This document shows, piece after piece, positions 12,116-25,230 of a stretch of DNA of 64,000 bases. The translations under genes and the position numbers were made by a program. The DNA comes from Octopus vulgaris (taxonomy: Eukaryota). Under the pieces are notes generated by a model that did not search any database, was not told where the DNA came from, and was given only the letters and a program-made list of their open reading frames with translations. Where the stretch lies: contig OX597823.1 in NCBI GenBank assembly GCA_951406725.2, forward strand, positions 77,066,001 to 77,130,000, written 5' to 3'. The number at the start of each line of letters is the position of its first letter. Positions within the stretch are counted from its first letter, which is position 1.

Positions 12116-12270
12116 GAGTACAGGCTGTCACCAACTGTGCAAATAACATACACACGAGAGATACATACAAGACGTGGACAGTAATTACAGGAGAAGAACG
12201 AGTGAAATACATAAACACCAAGAAAAAACGAGAAAAAAATGGAAAACAGGACAAGTTAACACAGAAAAAG

Positions 12271-12273
<3 letters not shown>
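12116..12273 (-). mobile_element. Probable Penelope-like element 3' fragment between (TA)n tracts
   Basis: Composition and (TA)n context resemble the HHR-bearing fragments at 43640 and 61976; no ribozyme motif retained. Confidence 0.35.
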
Positions 12274-12301
<28 letters not shown>

Positions 12302-12308
12302 GATATAT

Positions 12309-12351
<43 letters not shown>

Positions 12352-12840
12352 CACATATGTATGCATTTCTCTACGTATGTGTCTTTAGCTTATTTTTATC
12401 GGTAGTAGATACAAACAAATGTTAGAAAAGAATCAAACGAAATAAAAGCAGTGTTTTACAAATGTTGTCCCTTGAAATGGGCCAGACAGTCTCTTGTTAC
12501 TTTTGCTATCAGCCACAGAGTAAACTAGTGATTAGCCTGTTAAGAATCAGTAGACTGCTGTTTATAAATGGTGTTATAAAAAAAGTTTATAAGAAATCAA
12601 TATGAAGAATGTTGATATATGACCTTCACTATTTAAAGGAAAACGTTTTATTTGTTGCATTTAATAAAATACAGTAATGTGGTGATGCTGAGAGATTCTT
12701 TTCGAAAGCATTCTGTGTTATAGAACACATCAGTTTGTCTTTACTGAACATGTTCTACAGCTTTTCTCTATGGTTTTCATAGGATGTGAGATGAGAAGTA
12801 AAAAAGCCCCTTGTACAGCTCTACACCATTCTTTGGAAAA

Positions 12841-13253
12841 ATGGTGGTGATGGTGGTGGTGATCGTGGTGATGATGTTGATGATGATAGGTGAAAAGGAG
12901 GAGGAGGTAGAGGAAGGTGATGATGATGGTGGTGATGGTGGTGATGTTGGTGATGGAGATGATGATGATCACAACTATGCCGATGATGGTGACAATAATG
13001 ACGAGAACGATGACAATGATGATGACGATGACGACGACGACGATGATAATGATGATGACAATAATGATGATGATGGCAAAAATGATGATGATGATGATGA
13101 TGATGTCGATGATGTTGACGACGACAATGATGATGATGATGACAACAACAATGATGATGATGTTGACGATGATGATGATGACAACAATGTTGACGACAAC
13201 AACAATGTTGACGACAACAACAACGACGATGACGATGATGATAATGATGGTGG
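12841..13253. repeat. Compound (GAT/GGT/GAC/AAC)n trinucleotide array
   Basis: Directly visible; source of the poly-D/M/H/S ORFs. Confidence 0.95.
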
Positions 13254-14849
13254 TTTCTCTTGGACCAAAAAAGACAGCTCTGCAATTTCTGTACAAATGA
13301 CTCATTTATAGTAATTAAATATTTGTGCTGTATATCAGCTTACTGCCCAAATCAAACTCATTTTGCAAGGTGTCCTATAAGTCAGTTGTCAAAGTGATTG
13401 CAGAATAACATACGATGAAGTGTTTTACTCAGGAACACAACACACCACCAAGTCCAGGAATTGAAAACACTATCTTGTGATCTCAAGTGCAACACCCTTA
13501 ACCACTAAGCCACAAACCTCTGACTTTTGGAAGAACGAGACACATTAAATAATCCCTTTTAATTATCTCACAACAGAATGTAATAAACTTTGAGAGAGTG
13601 AGTGAGACTGAGAGAGATCAGTTGACCCTAGCACATGACTGGTAACTTATTTATCAACTCCAGTTGAAGAATGTAAAGTAAAGTTGACCTCAGTATCATT
13701 TGAACTCAGAATGAAAAAATCCTGCAAGGGATCTATCTATCCACTGTTTTAAATGATTCTGCTAATTGATCAATTATAAAATTGTCATCATCATAGTACC
13801 CACTTTACAAATGGTGTTGGTTTGTTTACATCTCATAACTTAGCAGTTTAGCAAAAAGTGTTTAATAGAATAAGTACCAGACTTTGAAAAAATTAAGTAC
13901 TGGGGTTGATTTGTTCAACTAAAATTTTTAAGGCTGTGCCCCAGCATGGCCATAGTCTAATGGCTGAAACAAGGGGTGCCTAACTTTCTTTAACAATTTA
14001 ATCAGAACTTATAGCCTTATACATGCGTATGACATCCTGCACATATTTCATATGAATGTGGTTATTATGGAATTTATGTCATTCTTGAAACAGCTGTTGA
14101 GATAAAACTTTACATAATTCTTCTATTCTGTTCTATTTTTTATTCTGCATCTGTATTTTTACACCATGTAAATACACATCTCAAGCCTACCAGTGTTTAT
14201 CTACCTCTCTACCTACCAACCTATATGTGTGTGTATGCACGTGCGCATGTGTGTGTGAGTGAGTGTGTATGCATACATGTGTATGTGTGTCTGTGTGTTT
14301 GTCCCCACATGACATGACAAGTTTTGGTTGCTTTAAATCCCCATAACGTAGCAAAAGAGACTCAAGAATTAAATACCAGACTCTAAAAATTTGTCCTGGG
14401 GTCCATTCATCTAACTAAACTCTTTAAGGCAGTGCCCTAGACTGGCCACAGTCCAATGAATGAAACAAGTAAAAGATATATAATAAAAGAAAGACAATGT
14501 ACTGATTAATGCAGCCCTTGGCCTTTTGGGGTTTTGGTATATAGAGGAAATCATTTATTCTCAAAATGAAAATATAACTTCAATAACATTAAGAGGATAA
14601 TCAATAACATGAAAACCCTATAGCTTTGTAGTTTTGTTTCTGTGAAATTTGTTTTTCTCCTTTTATCATTTCCCTGAAGGACAACTCCAAAATGTTGATC
14701 TTTTTCCTGTTTCTTCTTAACAGAGCTAAGTCAAATTCAAGTATATAATAAAGAGACATTTCTTAAATCTATTTTGGATGCATACACCCAACAGCTTAAA
14801 TTAGCTTTCTTTATTAATAAGCAACAAGTTTTAATATAATTTATGTACA

Positions 14850-15380
14850 TTTGATTCGTCAGGTGACATTTCATGCTTGAGATGACCTATTGAGTCAAGC
14901 AAAATCAAAATCAAAATCAAAATCATATCACAATGAAATGGAAATTGTAGTTGTGGCTGATGCCAGTGCCACCTGGCTTGCTCCCATGGTGGTGGCATGC
15001 AATAAACACCATTTATGCATGGGTCATTGCCAGTGCCGCCTGACTGGCTCCTGTGCCAGTGACATATAAAACGCACCATCCAAACGTGGTTGATGCCAGC
15101 CTTCTGCCCTGACTGGCTCCTGTGCTGACAGCATGTAAAAAGCATCATCCAAACGTGGCTGATGCTGGTGGCGCCTGACTGGCTCCTGTGCCAGTGGCAT
15201 GTAAAAAGCACCCACTACACTCTCAGAATGGTTGGCGTTAGGAAGAGCATCCAGATGTAGAAACACTGCCAGATCAGATTGGAGCCTGGTGCGGCCTCCT
15301 GGCTTGCCAGTCCCCAGTCAAACCCTCCAATCCATACCAGCATGGAAAAACAAGTTAAACAATGATGATGATGATGATGA
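14850..15380 (+). mobile_element. RTE-family LINE 3' UTR with internal tandem units and (GAT)n tail
   Basis: (aaatc)n, repeated gcctgactggctcctgtgccagtggcatgtaaaaagcacc units, and end atccagatgtagaaac...catggaaaa...(gat)n. Same UTR as the ORF-bearing copies at 33042 and 49936. Confidence 0.8.
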
Positions 15381-15876
15381 GTATCTTTAAATTTGCAATT
15401 TAACATTTTGTTTTTAAATATGAAACCATGAGAAATACACTTATCAAAAGATTTACAACCTACCAACTAAAAGTTATCTTAGTACTCAGCTTTTGTTTTT
15501 ATAATTTTTAATATCTTCTTGTACATTTTCATTATCATTATTGATTGGACTCATCTGAGTTCAAATTCCACCGAGGTTGACTTTGCCTTACATCCCTTCA
15601 GGATCAATAAAATAAGTACCAGTTGAACACTGGGGTTGATTCAATTGACTAGTTTCCTCCATGGAAATTTCAACCCTTGTGCTTACATTAGAAAACATTG
15701 TCTATTGACACAGGAGTGGGTAAAATAAAAATGTTAGTTCATTTATTTATTTATTTTTTTTGCTATTAGTGTTTGTCAGTGATTCAAGGACAGAGATAAT
15801 AATGAAATGAATTGAGCTAGTGTATTACTGGTACATATTTTTATGATCCCCACCTTAAATGTGTAGAAGATGACCA

Positions 15877-16285
15877 GGTGCAGGAGTGGCTGTGTGGTAA
15901 GTAGCTTGCCTACCAACCACATGGTTCCAGGTTCAGTCCCACTGCATGGCACCTTGGACAAGTGTCTTCTACTATAGCCTTGAGCCGACCAAAGCCTTGT
16001 GAGTGAATTTGATAGATGGAAACTGAAAGAAGCCCGTCGTATATATATGTATATATGTATGTATGTGTGTGTATATGTTTGTATCTGTGTTTGTCCCCCC
16101 AACATCGCTTGACAACCGATGGTGGTGTGTTTACGTACCCGTAACTTAGCAGTCTGGCAAAAAAGACCGATGGAATAAGTACTAGGCTTACAAAGAATAA
16201 GTACTGGGGTCGATCTGCTCGATTAAAGGTGGTGCTCTAAGATGGCCACAGTTAAATGACTGAAATAGGTAAAAGAGTAAAAGAG
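15877..16285 (+). mobile_element. SINE family A, full length
   Basis: Head, core, microsatellite and tail all present. Confidence 0.9.
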
Positions 16286-16545
16286 AGAAACAGAAGGGAT
16301 GGTGACATGAAAGTCATCCAGCCATAGAAAATATGCCTCAACAAATTCCTTCTTGGTCATGTTAAGAATTGAAGAGTGGCCATTAAAACAATGATCAAAA
16401 CAATAATTTGTAACATTGGTTCAATACTGGGATTTCTGAGAAAGGAGTTTTGGAGTGATTTTTAAACCACTCCCAGCACCCCTATTCATGACTGGTACTT
16501 GAATTTATTCATATTAAAAACAAGGAGAAAAAAAACAAAATTAAT

Positions 16546-17420
16546 GGTGCAGATATGGCTATGAGGTATGTAACTTACTTCCCAAGCACATAGTTCTGGG
16601 TTCAGTCCCAATGCATGGCACTTCAGGCAAATTTTTCTACTATAACCTCAGGGTGACCAAATGCATATGAGTTGATTAAGCAGAGGGAAACGGAAACAAG
16701 CCAACCATATATACAGACATACATGTTTGTGTGTGTGAGTGTGTCTGTGTGTGAATGAGTGTGTGTGTGTTTGTCCCCACCACCTCCTGACAGCTTGGTA
16801 TCAGTGTGTTTACATCTTTGCAACTGAGCAGTTTGGCAAAAGAGACTGAGAAAGTATGAAGCTTAAAAACGTCAATTCATTCGACTAAACATTCTTCAAG
16901 GCAGTGCTCCAGCATTCATCATCATCATTGTTCGACTGTGGAATTTACCATGCTACGCCAGACTTCACGGTCCATCATGGCATTACAGAGGTCCTGTTGC
17001 TGGATGCCTGTATCCCTGGAGATTACATCAGGGTAGGAGAGTGTGCGCCCTCTGGTATTGCGAGTAGATGGCTTCCAACGGAGAAGAATAGAAATCACCT
17101 CTTTTTCAGCTCTACAACAATGTCCAGCAAACTGGTCTCTCTTACCTTTCACAAGAGATGACACAGGTGGTAGTTTCCCATATATTTGCATTTTGGTTGG
17201 ATGGCGCTTCCACGAGAGATTTTGAGCTCTCATAAGGAGGCGAGTGTAGGTTCCATCCAACCGCCTCTCAAGCTTCTTTGATAACGTCCAGGTTTCTGAG
17301 CCATATAGTAGAATTGGTTCGACTGTGGCTTTGAAGATTTCAAGTTTGAAGTCTCTACTTAGATTTGATGACCAGATCTTATGCATTGCTGCAGTCTAAT
17401 GACCAAAATAAATAAAAGAT
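16546..17420 (+). mobile_element. SINE family A (older copy) interrupted by an RTE insertion
   Basis: Tail gtgctccagcat resumes after 17387 as gctgcagtctaatgac. Confidence 0.75.
16917..17386 (-). mobile_element. 5'-truncated RTE-clade LINE (ORF C-terminus open) with (TGA)n tail
   Basis: ORF 16925-17386 IFKATVEPILLYGSETWTL...FAGHCCR...AMMDREVWR, typical RTE RT thumb/C-terminus; gcatt duplicated at 16912-16916 and 17383-17387. Confidence 0.9.
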
Positions 17421-17897
17421 ATGCGTTGTCTTTACCAGGATTTGAACTCAGTAAACAGAGAAATAAACTAAATGCTAAAAGACATGCAGTAGTGTGACTT
17501 AAATCTCGAGCTAACTTCACAACCTACCCTACTGTCCTTCAAATATAAATAACAATAAAAATCAAACGGAAATCTTCTGAAAAATGAAAGGCAATGCATT
17601 AAAAGTGCATTTATAGATGTTTATGAAATGCTTAAAATAATATAAAACACAAGGATAAGAAGAGATGTTCTTTTTTTTTTTTCTCGATTGAATTATAGAA
17701 ACATAATTTGTAAAAAAAAACAAGGAAATATATAATTTTAAAACATTTAGGAAATGAAAAAGTATATGAAAAATTTTCTTTAAAAATCAAAAAATGTTTT
17801 GACATTTTGATTCTAAAGAATTTGTGAGTGTGTGTGTGTGTGTGTAGGTGTGTGTATTCATTACTTTTGTATTTTACATTTTTATTAGGTGTCTTTA

Positions 17898-17932
17898 AAT
17901 ATACACACATATATATATATACATATACACAC

Positions 17933-17963
<31 letters not shown>

Positions 17964-18043
17964 CATGCATATATATATATATATATATGTACACGTAGAA
18001 AGATATTGATTTTATATATGTACATTTAAAATATTTACCAGTG

Positions 18044-18077
<34 letters not shown>

Positions 18078-18085
18078 CATATGTA

Positions 18086-18127
<42 letters not shown>

Positions 18128-18151
18128 TATATATATGTATATATATATATG

Positions 18152-18182
<31 letters not shown>

Positions 18183-18217
18183 GTATATATATATGTATGT
18201 ATATATATATATATATA
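17898..18217. repeat. (TA/CA/TG)n microsatellite cluster
   Basis: Directly visible. Confidence 0.95.
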
Positions 18218-18904
18218 GGTGTGTGTTTGAGAGAGGGATAGAGAAAGAGAGAGATTCAGCTGTCACCTTCCCATAACCTACTGCATCTATCGACACCGAC
18301 ACCGCAGAAGTTCCGAGGTTCCATTCACATATACCATCACCTCACTCTTCCTCACCCTCTCACTAGCTTCACAGTGTCACTCCTGCAACAGCTACAACTA
18401 CTACTGCTGCTACTACTACTACTACTACCATCACTACTGATACTTCCACCAGCGCCACCTCACCAATACAACTGCCAGGATATCTTAAATAAAACTTGAC
18501 ATTCATTTCTGCTGACAGTACTACTTACAACAACAACAGCAACAACAACAACAGCTGCAGCAGCATCAACAACAATAATAAAAAACAGCAATAACAAGCC
18601 ATTGAGGGAGTCTCTTCATGGTAACAAGGCATTCTAGAAATAGCAACCAAATCTGCTTAAATCACACCTTGTTATCTTAGATCTTGTAGTTCTTGAGAGT
18701 CCTTAAAAAAATAAGTGTGACTTAACATGGTTCTTATCTTGCCAGAAACAGCAGTGAATTATACTTCAAATCATAACTTAGTGTTTTAAAAAATCATTCC
18801 AGATCTGCACAAACAAATCTGATCTGCCCTGGGGTTGATCAGCAAGGACATGAAGTTGATCTACAGAATGCTACAGGACCAAAATTTTAATTGTCTTTAT
18901 GTAA

Positions 18905-19533
18905 ATATTGGTTTCAAACTTTGACACAAAACCAACAATTTCAGGAGAGGGGGTAAGTCAATTACATCGACCCCAGTGCCCAAATGGTACTTAATTTTTC
19001 AACCCTGAAAGGATAAAAGATAAAGCTGACCTTGGTGAAATTTGAACTGAGAAATTTGAACTCAGGCAAAATGCCATTGAGCATTTTGGTGTGCATGCTA
19101 ATAATTCTGGCCTTCTTTATATGTGAATATTAGTGACTTTGCCAACAAAGAAAGTATTGGTCTTCTTCAGCCTCAGTTTATATTTTATATTCTCTTCTAC
19201 TCTAGGCACAAGGCCCGAAATTTTTGGGGAGGTGGGGCAGTCGACTAGCTCGACCCCATTACACGACTGAGTACACCAAAAGTAACAGCAGATGAAATAC
19301 CTATTTCTTTACTACCCACAAGGGGATAAACACAGAGAGGTCAAACAAGGACAGACAAGCAGATTAAGTCGATTATATCGACCCCAGTGCATAACTGGTA
19401 CTTATTTAATCGACCCCCAAGAGGATGAAAGGCAAAGTCGACCTCAGCAGAATTTGAACTCTGAACATAGCGGCAGATGAAATACCACTAAGCATTTCGC
19501 CCAGTGTGCTAACGTTTTTGTCAGTTCACCACC
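18905..19533 (-). mobile_element. Two SINE family B insertions (18905-19112; composite 19190-19533)
   Basis: cgaccccagtg...gatgaaaggcaaagtcgacctc...gaatttgaactc core; the composite carries both tail types. Confidence 0.85.
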
Positions 19534-19538
19534 TTTTT

Positions 19539-19733
19539 ATACCTCCCACATTTTAAACTTTCACCTGTGTTACTAATGAACTTATCCAAGTGCCAATGAT
19601 GTTTTCATTTAGCTAACGAACAAAAACTGTAACCCTTTGTTTAAGCAATAATAAAATTAACTTTTCATAAATGTTGCTTCTTTTTCCTTTCGTCAACCTT
19701 TCAAATGTGGGAGGTATTTCTGCCATACCCTGT
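19539..19733. mobile_element. Tc1/mariner-type MITE remnant
   Basis: Inverted repeats tacctcccacattt / aaatgtgggaggta and right end ...ccataccctg|TA; left end missing. Confidence 0.5.
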
Positions 19734-20946
19734 ATTTTACATTCTCAATACCAGTTTCTTTTGACATGTCACAACAGTTCTGTATTTAAAGGGAAGAAAA
19801 GACAAAATCTGTGATATCCACAGCTTTCACAATGCACCAGTAGAATAAATAAAATTAAGTTCTTTTAACTAAAACTCAATAATGCACCAAAGTCTAAGAA
19901 CTCTGGTGAATATCTTTTCATCTTAAAATTAGCACTTCTAAAATATATAAGATGTATAAATTGCTAGAAGGGATAAAGATGAAATACATTCAAACCATAT
20001 GGTGTTCTCAAGGGCTGATTCTTTGTACTGTTACCATCTTAGTAAGTAGATAGCTGAAAGGTAGTTCTTTTTCTAGATAAGGGATCAGTCTGGGATGGTT
20101 CCAAAATGTTCTGGGATATATTCCAAACAACCAAATGCACTGAAATTCAAGTAATTTAAAGAGTACTACAATGCAAAAAACACAATAATACATCAGTTTA
20201 AATTTCATATTGCTATGTGTGTGTGTATGTGTGTATGTATGTGTGTATGTATGTATGTATGTATGTATGTATGTATGTATGTATGTATGTATGTATGACT
20301 GTGCATGTGTGTGTATGTATATTTTCATTTGTCCAACTGTTTTTACACCCATTTTTCCATGCTAGCATGGGTTAGGTGAATATATCATTGAAGCATTGTT
20401 TTACAGTTGGATACCACTCCTGATATACAATACCATTTGCAGCTTACAACTTTCATGAGGTACAAATAAATGTAAATAAACACACGTATGTACACAGATG
20501 TACATGCACATATACACACAAATGCATATATACAAACATCATACATACTAGTGATTAGGATAAGGGAGAGAAAGTGTGTATAGTTGTGGAAGTCTGGACA
20601 GATGACGTTAACATAAAGCTGAAGATCAGCAAAAAAGAGAATATCCATGCTAAACTATTGAGAAATATACAGTTACTCTACTCAGATTAAGTTCAGGTTT
20701 ATACCTGTAATTATTGGGGCACTGGGTTATGTAACACACTGCCTAAGTACCGATCTTGAAAAATTAGGCTTCTCAAAACCAGAAAGGAGAAAGCTGATTC
20801 GAAGACTACAGATTCAAACCATCAATAGAACTGTAAAGATCTGTAAAACTTTTCAGAAGTTTATCAGTTAAACATATATGAACATGTCTAGATATGCAAG
20901 TATATGCATGGGAATACATATATAAAACAAAACATATAAATCTGCA

Positions 20947-21138
20947 CATATACATACATACATGCTTACATACATACCTACATACATACATACACACATA
21001 CATACATACATACATATATACACACACACACACATACATACATACATACATACATACATACATACATACATACATACATACATACATACATACATACATA
21101 CATACATACATACATACATACATACATACATACATACA
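20947..21138. repeat. (TACA)n tetranucleotide array
   Basis: Directly visible; further simple-repeat arrays at 20215-20320, 21585-21745 and 21908-22140. Confidence 0.95.
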
Positions 21139-21920
21139 TTGTAGCTAGGATACTCTATAATGAAATCTGTAAGAAAGGTAATCCCAGAGTGAAGGAAAAA
21201 TCAGCAATATGGTAGAAGACATAGCCACTCATAATAAAAAGGAATACAGGGGGAGACCTCAATAAAATGTATACCAGTGACAACCTCAATAAAATGAAAG
21301 TACAACAGACCTGATATAATGATTTGGCATAGAGAAGAGAAACTGTGCATAGTTGTGGGAATCCGCTTCCCAGTGGATGTTAACATAAAGCTGAAGATCA
21401 GTGAAAAATGGAATACCTATGCTGAACTACTGAGAAATCTGCTGTTACATACATACATACATGCATACAAAAAGACCCTGCCATTTATGTTGAAATTCCA
21501 ATGAAGGAGCCTTGCATCTAGGTAGGTTAGAGACCAGTTCTTTCTTTATTGGCAAGAAATCTTGAAATAAAACTGAATAATGACATGCATACATGCATAC
21601 ACACACATGCATACATACATACATACGTATATACATACATACATACATACATATGTACATGCATATATGCATACATACATATACATGCATACATACATAT
21701 ACATACATACATACATACATACATACATACATACATACATACATAGATTTTGATGAGGATTTATTAATCTATTGATTAGGCATGATGAAAATTTAATTCA
21801 TTTAATTTATTTGATTATTTTACTAATGAATTCTTTCAGTTAATATATCATTTATAACAAATATATAATTATGCTTCTGATTCAGAGTATTATGATTTCA
21901 TAATTAATATACATATATAC

Positions 21921-21968
<48 letters not shown>

Positions 21969-21982
21969 GTATATATATATTT

Positions 21983-22040
<58 letters not shown>

Positions 22041-22080
22041 GTGTGTATATGTATATATATCTATATATGTGTGTATGTAT

Positions 22081-22119
<39 letters not shown>

Positions 22120-22354
22120 CATACATATATACATATATATACTGGTTTGACTCCGTATTGTACTTTTACATATAAATCCCATTTACATTTGTTCCTTGCA
22201 CAAACTGTGTCAGTTTATATTGAACACCAATCAAATCTAGGAACTACCTATCTGTTCCTGAACTGTATATAGATCCGTGTCTTCATGAACCAATCGAATT
22301 TTATCTCAACCTGAGCTGCCACTATGTTTTGTAATTTTCTTCTATTTCTAGTTA

Positions 22355-22793
22355 CAGGCATGGCTGTGTGGTAAGAGGTTTACTTCCTAAAACCATGGTT
22401 CCAGGTTCAGTCCCACTGTGTTACATCTTGGGTGAGTGTCCTCTACTGTAATCCTGGACTGGTAGATCTACCAGTTTCCATCTACCAGCCTCAGGCTGAC
22501 CAAAGCCTTGTGAATAGATTCGGTAGATGGAAACTGAATGAAGCCTTCATATGTACATGTGCATGTGTGCGTATGCATGTTTGTCCCCTCTCTCACCACA
22601 TGAAAACCTGTGTTGGTTTGTTTATGTCCCTGTAATTTAGCGCAGTTTGGCAAAAAGAGACTGATGGAATAAGTACACGGCTTAAAGAAATAAGTCTTGC
22701 GGGTAATTCATTAAACTAAAATTCCTCCAGGGCAGTGCTCCAGCATGGCCACAGTCTAATGACTGAAAACAAGTAAAAAATATAAGATAAAAG
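22355..22793 (+). mobile_element. SINE family A (diverged)
   Basis: Head, core and tail recognisable. Confidence 0.8.
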
Positions 22794-22921
22794 ATTCATT
22801 TGTTACTATTGTTACTATAGATGTTATGGGTGTTATTATTTAAATAAGTTATTTTTCTCTCACAGAAGAAGCTTTCAAAATATTCCTGACTTTTCGTATA
22901 TTAATTTAATAGTTCCTTCTC

Positions 22922-23290
22922 AAAGGCAGCAAGTTACCACAATCGTTACCATACCGGGCATTTGCTCATCTTTCTGTTCTGAGTTAGAATACTGCCAAGG
23001 TCGACTTTGCCTTTTATCCTTTAGAGGAGTCAATGAAATAAGTACCAGTTCAGTACTGGGGGTCAATGTGATCAACTTACCCCTCTTCCCATCCCCGAAC
23101 TTGCTGGCCTTGTGCCAAAATTTGAAACCAATATTTATTCTTTTCTTTTACTTGTTTCAGTCATTTGACTGTGACCGTGCTAGAGTACCACCTTTAGTCA
23201 AGCAAATCGACCCCAGGACTTATTCTTCCTAAGCCTAGTACTTAATCTATCGGTCTCTTTTGCTGAACCACTAAGATAAGGGAGACGTAA
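22922..23290. mobile_element. SINE B (+, 22922-23133) abutting a SINE A tail fragment (-, 23140-23290)
   Basis: Core motifs of both families, tail to tail. Confidence 0.8.
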
Positions 23291-23291
23291 A

Positions 23292-23680
23292 TAAGGGAAA
23301 CGGAAATAAAAGAGACTTTAAAGGACTACCAATGGTGTGATAGGGGACAGAAAAGACGTGCAATAATCCCAAAGGAACAAGTGGAGGAATTTGTGGAAAG
23401 GTGCAAAGAGAAGGACTGGGGAATGTCTAAGGTGAACATGGATGAAGAGACAGTGGAAGAGTTAGAAGAATAGTTCGAGAGAGGAATAGAGAGGAAAGCA
23501 TATTTGTTTGGGATTAATAACTAGAGGACAGGTAAGTGATGCTAGCGGATGGGGCCGTTAGCATCACTTTCATATTATCATTTTAAAATTCATTTTTCAT
23601 TTCTATGTAATCACAATGTTCTATGTCCCCAATGTGTGTAGCGTCCCCTCTGTGTAGCCCCTAGTGGGTAATAAAGAAAA
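23292..23680 (+). mobile_element. 3' end of an unidentified non-LTR element sharing the SINE B tail
   Basis: Purine-rich open frame (RETEIKETLKDYQWCD...ELEE*), T-rich UTR and terminus gtcccctctgtgtagcccctagtgggtaataaagaaa. Confidence 0.5.
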
Positions 23681-23891
23681 AGACCCCGAACTCACACCAA
23701 CTGAATACTCACCATGTAATGCCTTACTGCTTTTCGCTGGATTTTACCTCGAGAAAGGAACCCTGAGGAAGGAGGGCTGAATTTCGAATACTTCGTACGA
23801 CTGCAGGTTAGGAAAAAAAATTTTAATCGCCTCTTTCAATTTAGGTTTTTATTTTTCATGTTTATATTCGTATTTCATTGTTATGTTTATA

Positions 23892-24442
23892 TTGGGTTGT
23901 CTGGAAAGTTCGTTCCGATTTTTAAAGGAAAGTAAAGGTCACTAAATACTTGCCATTACATTTTTAATGAACCAAATCTGAACCATTTCGTTGCACAATA
24001 CGTCTCCATCTTTCCTTTACCTTGAAAATACCCTCTTCCCAGAATTGAGGTGGTTTCAAGGCAAAGAATTCATCAAGGTATCTTTTTACGTCATCTAAGG
24101 AATTGAAATTTTCACCATTAAGACTTTTCTGCAGAGACCTAAATAAGTGGAAATCCAAAGGAGTAATATCTGGTGAATATGGAGAATAGGGGTAACACAT
24201 CCCAGCCGAACTGCAGCAATTTTTGTCTGGTTCCCAAAGCATCAAGTGCCGAAAATGAACTTTCTCATCTTTTAATTTAAACACGGGTTATAGGAACATA
24301 AACCTTCTTCCACGAAAAGATAGCTTAAACTGTGCTCTAAATAGAGGTGTAGTCAAATCGTATTTTATGGACTCAAACATGTTCTAAAATAAGTCGGAAG
24401 ATAAGCTACTATAAATGGGCATGAACTTTCCGGACAACCCAA
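23892..24442 (-). mobile_element. Internally deleted mariner element (non-autonomous), copy 1
   Basis: TIRs ttgggttgtctggaaagttc / gaactttccggacaacccaa, TA at both ends; YSPDITPLDFHLFRSLQ mariner C-terminal motif. Confidence 0.92.
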
Positions 24443-24699
24443 TATTTCTATATTTTTATCATGAAATTTTTAATATATGTGAATATTCGTATGGAATAAT
24501 ACCTCATGTGCTACATATGAATTTTCTTGTCTGAAAGTTTTAAGACAAATATCCGAAATTGTTATCGTATACCACATTTTATTAATACTTAGCTCATATA
24601 CGGAGACAAAAATGGTGTACTATACACTGCAGGTTATCTCCATTAAAATTCCCGTGTTATATACATTATATATATATATGTATATATATATAATATACA

Positions 24700-25221
24700 C
24701 ACCGGCGAAAATAAATTTAAGACCGAGGATATTCTGTTACTAGTCCTTTGCCGATCTTTATATTGACCAGTCTCCGAGTATAACTTCTACGCAAGCCGGT
24801 TTGCTGCAGTTTAGTTGCTTGCTGATGTTCGAAAAGGAAACTTTTTGCTGTAATATACGATTCTTGCTCTCGTGACTGGACTAAGGCTACGTTGTTTTCC
24901 CATTATTAATAAATTGTATAATAACATTAAATTATAACTTCGTATGGTGCATTTAGGCTCGTTGTGTCACCACCCATTTTGGCCAACAAAATGCATACTT
25001 ATTACATGGTCTTAAACTAATTTTCCCTGTAAATTTGAAAAGTTTATATTAATTAGAATTATTCAAGTTCCATAAAAATATTTATTGTCTGCATCATTCA
25101 AAAGAGAAATAAATTTTGCATAAGGTGTAAAAGATAAAAATAATTTCTATGGTGTTAGTAACAAAATATTTTGTAAGAAATAGAACTTTTATCATCTATC
25201 TTAAATATATTTTCGCCAGTG
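24700..25221. mobile_element. MITE with ~23-bp TIRs (Tc1/mariner-like)
   Basis: caccggcgaaaataaatttaaga (24700) versus tcttaaatatattttcgccagtg (to 25221) followed by TA. Confidence 0.7.
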
Positions 25222-25230
25222 TATATATCT

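Noticed and set aside
12730-13311. Long ORFs (poly-D/M/H/I/S) in the ORF track, also 44644-46386 and 60060-60569
   Set aside because: Open in most frames on both strands because they are trinucleotide repeats; no domain or splice evidence.
23758-23810. CTGAGGA-aggag...tttc-GAA-tacttcgta possible hammerhead
   Set aside because: Weak stem II, T instead of A at position 15.1 and displaced stem I; cannot be supported without a family consensus.
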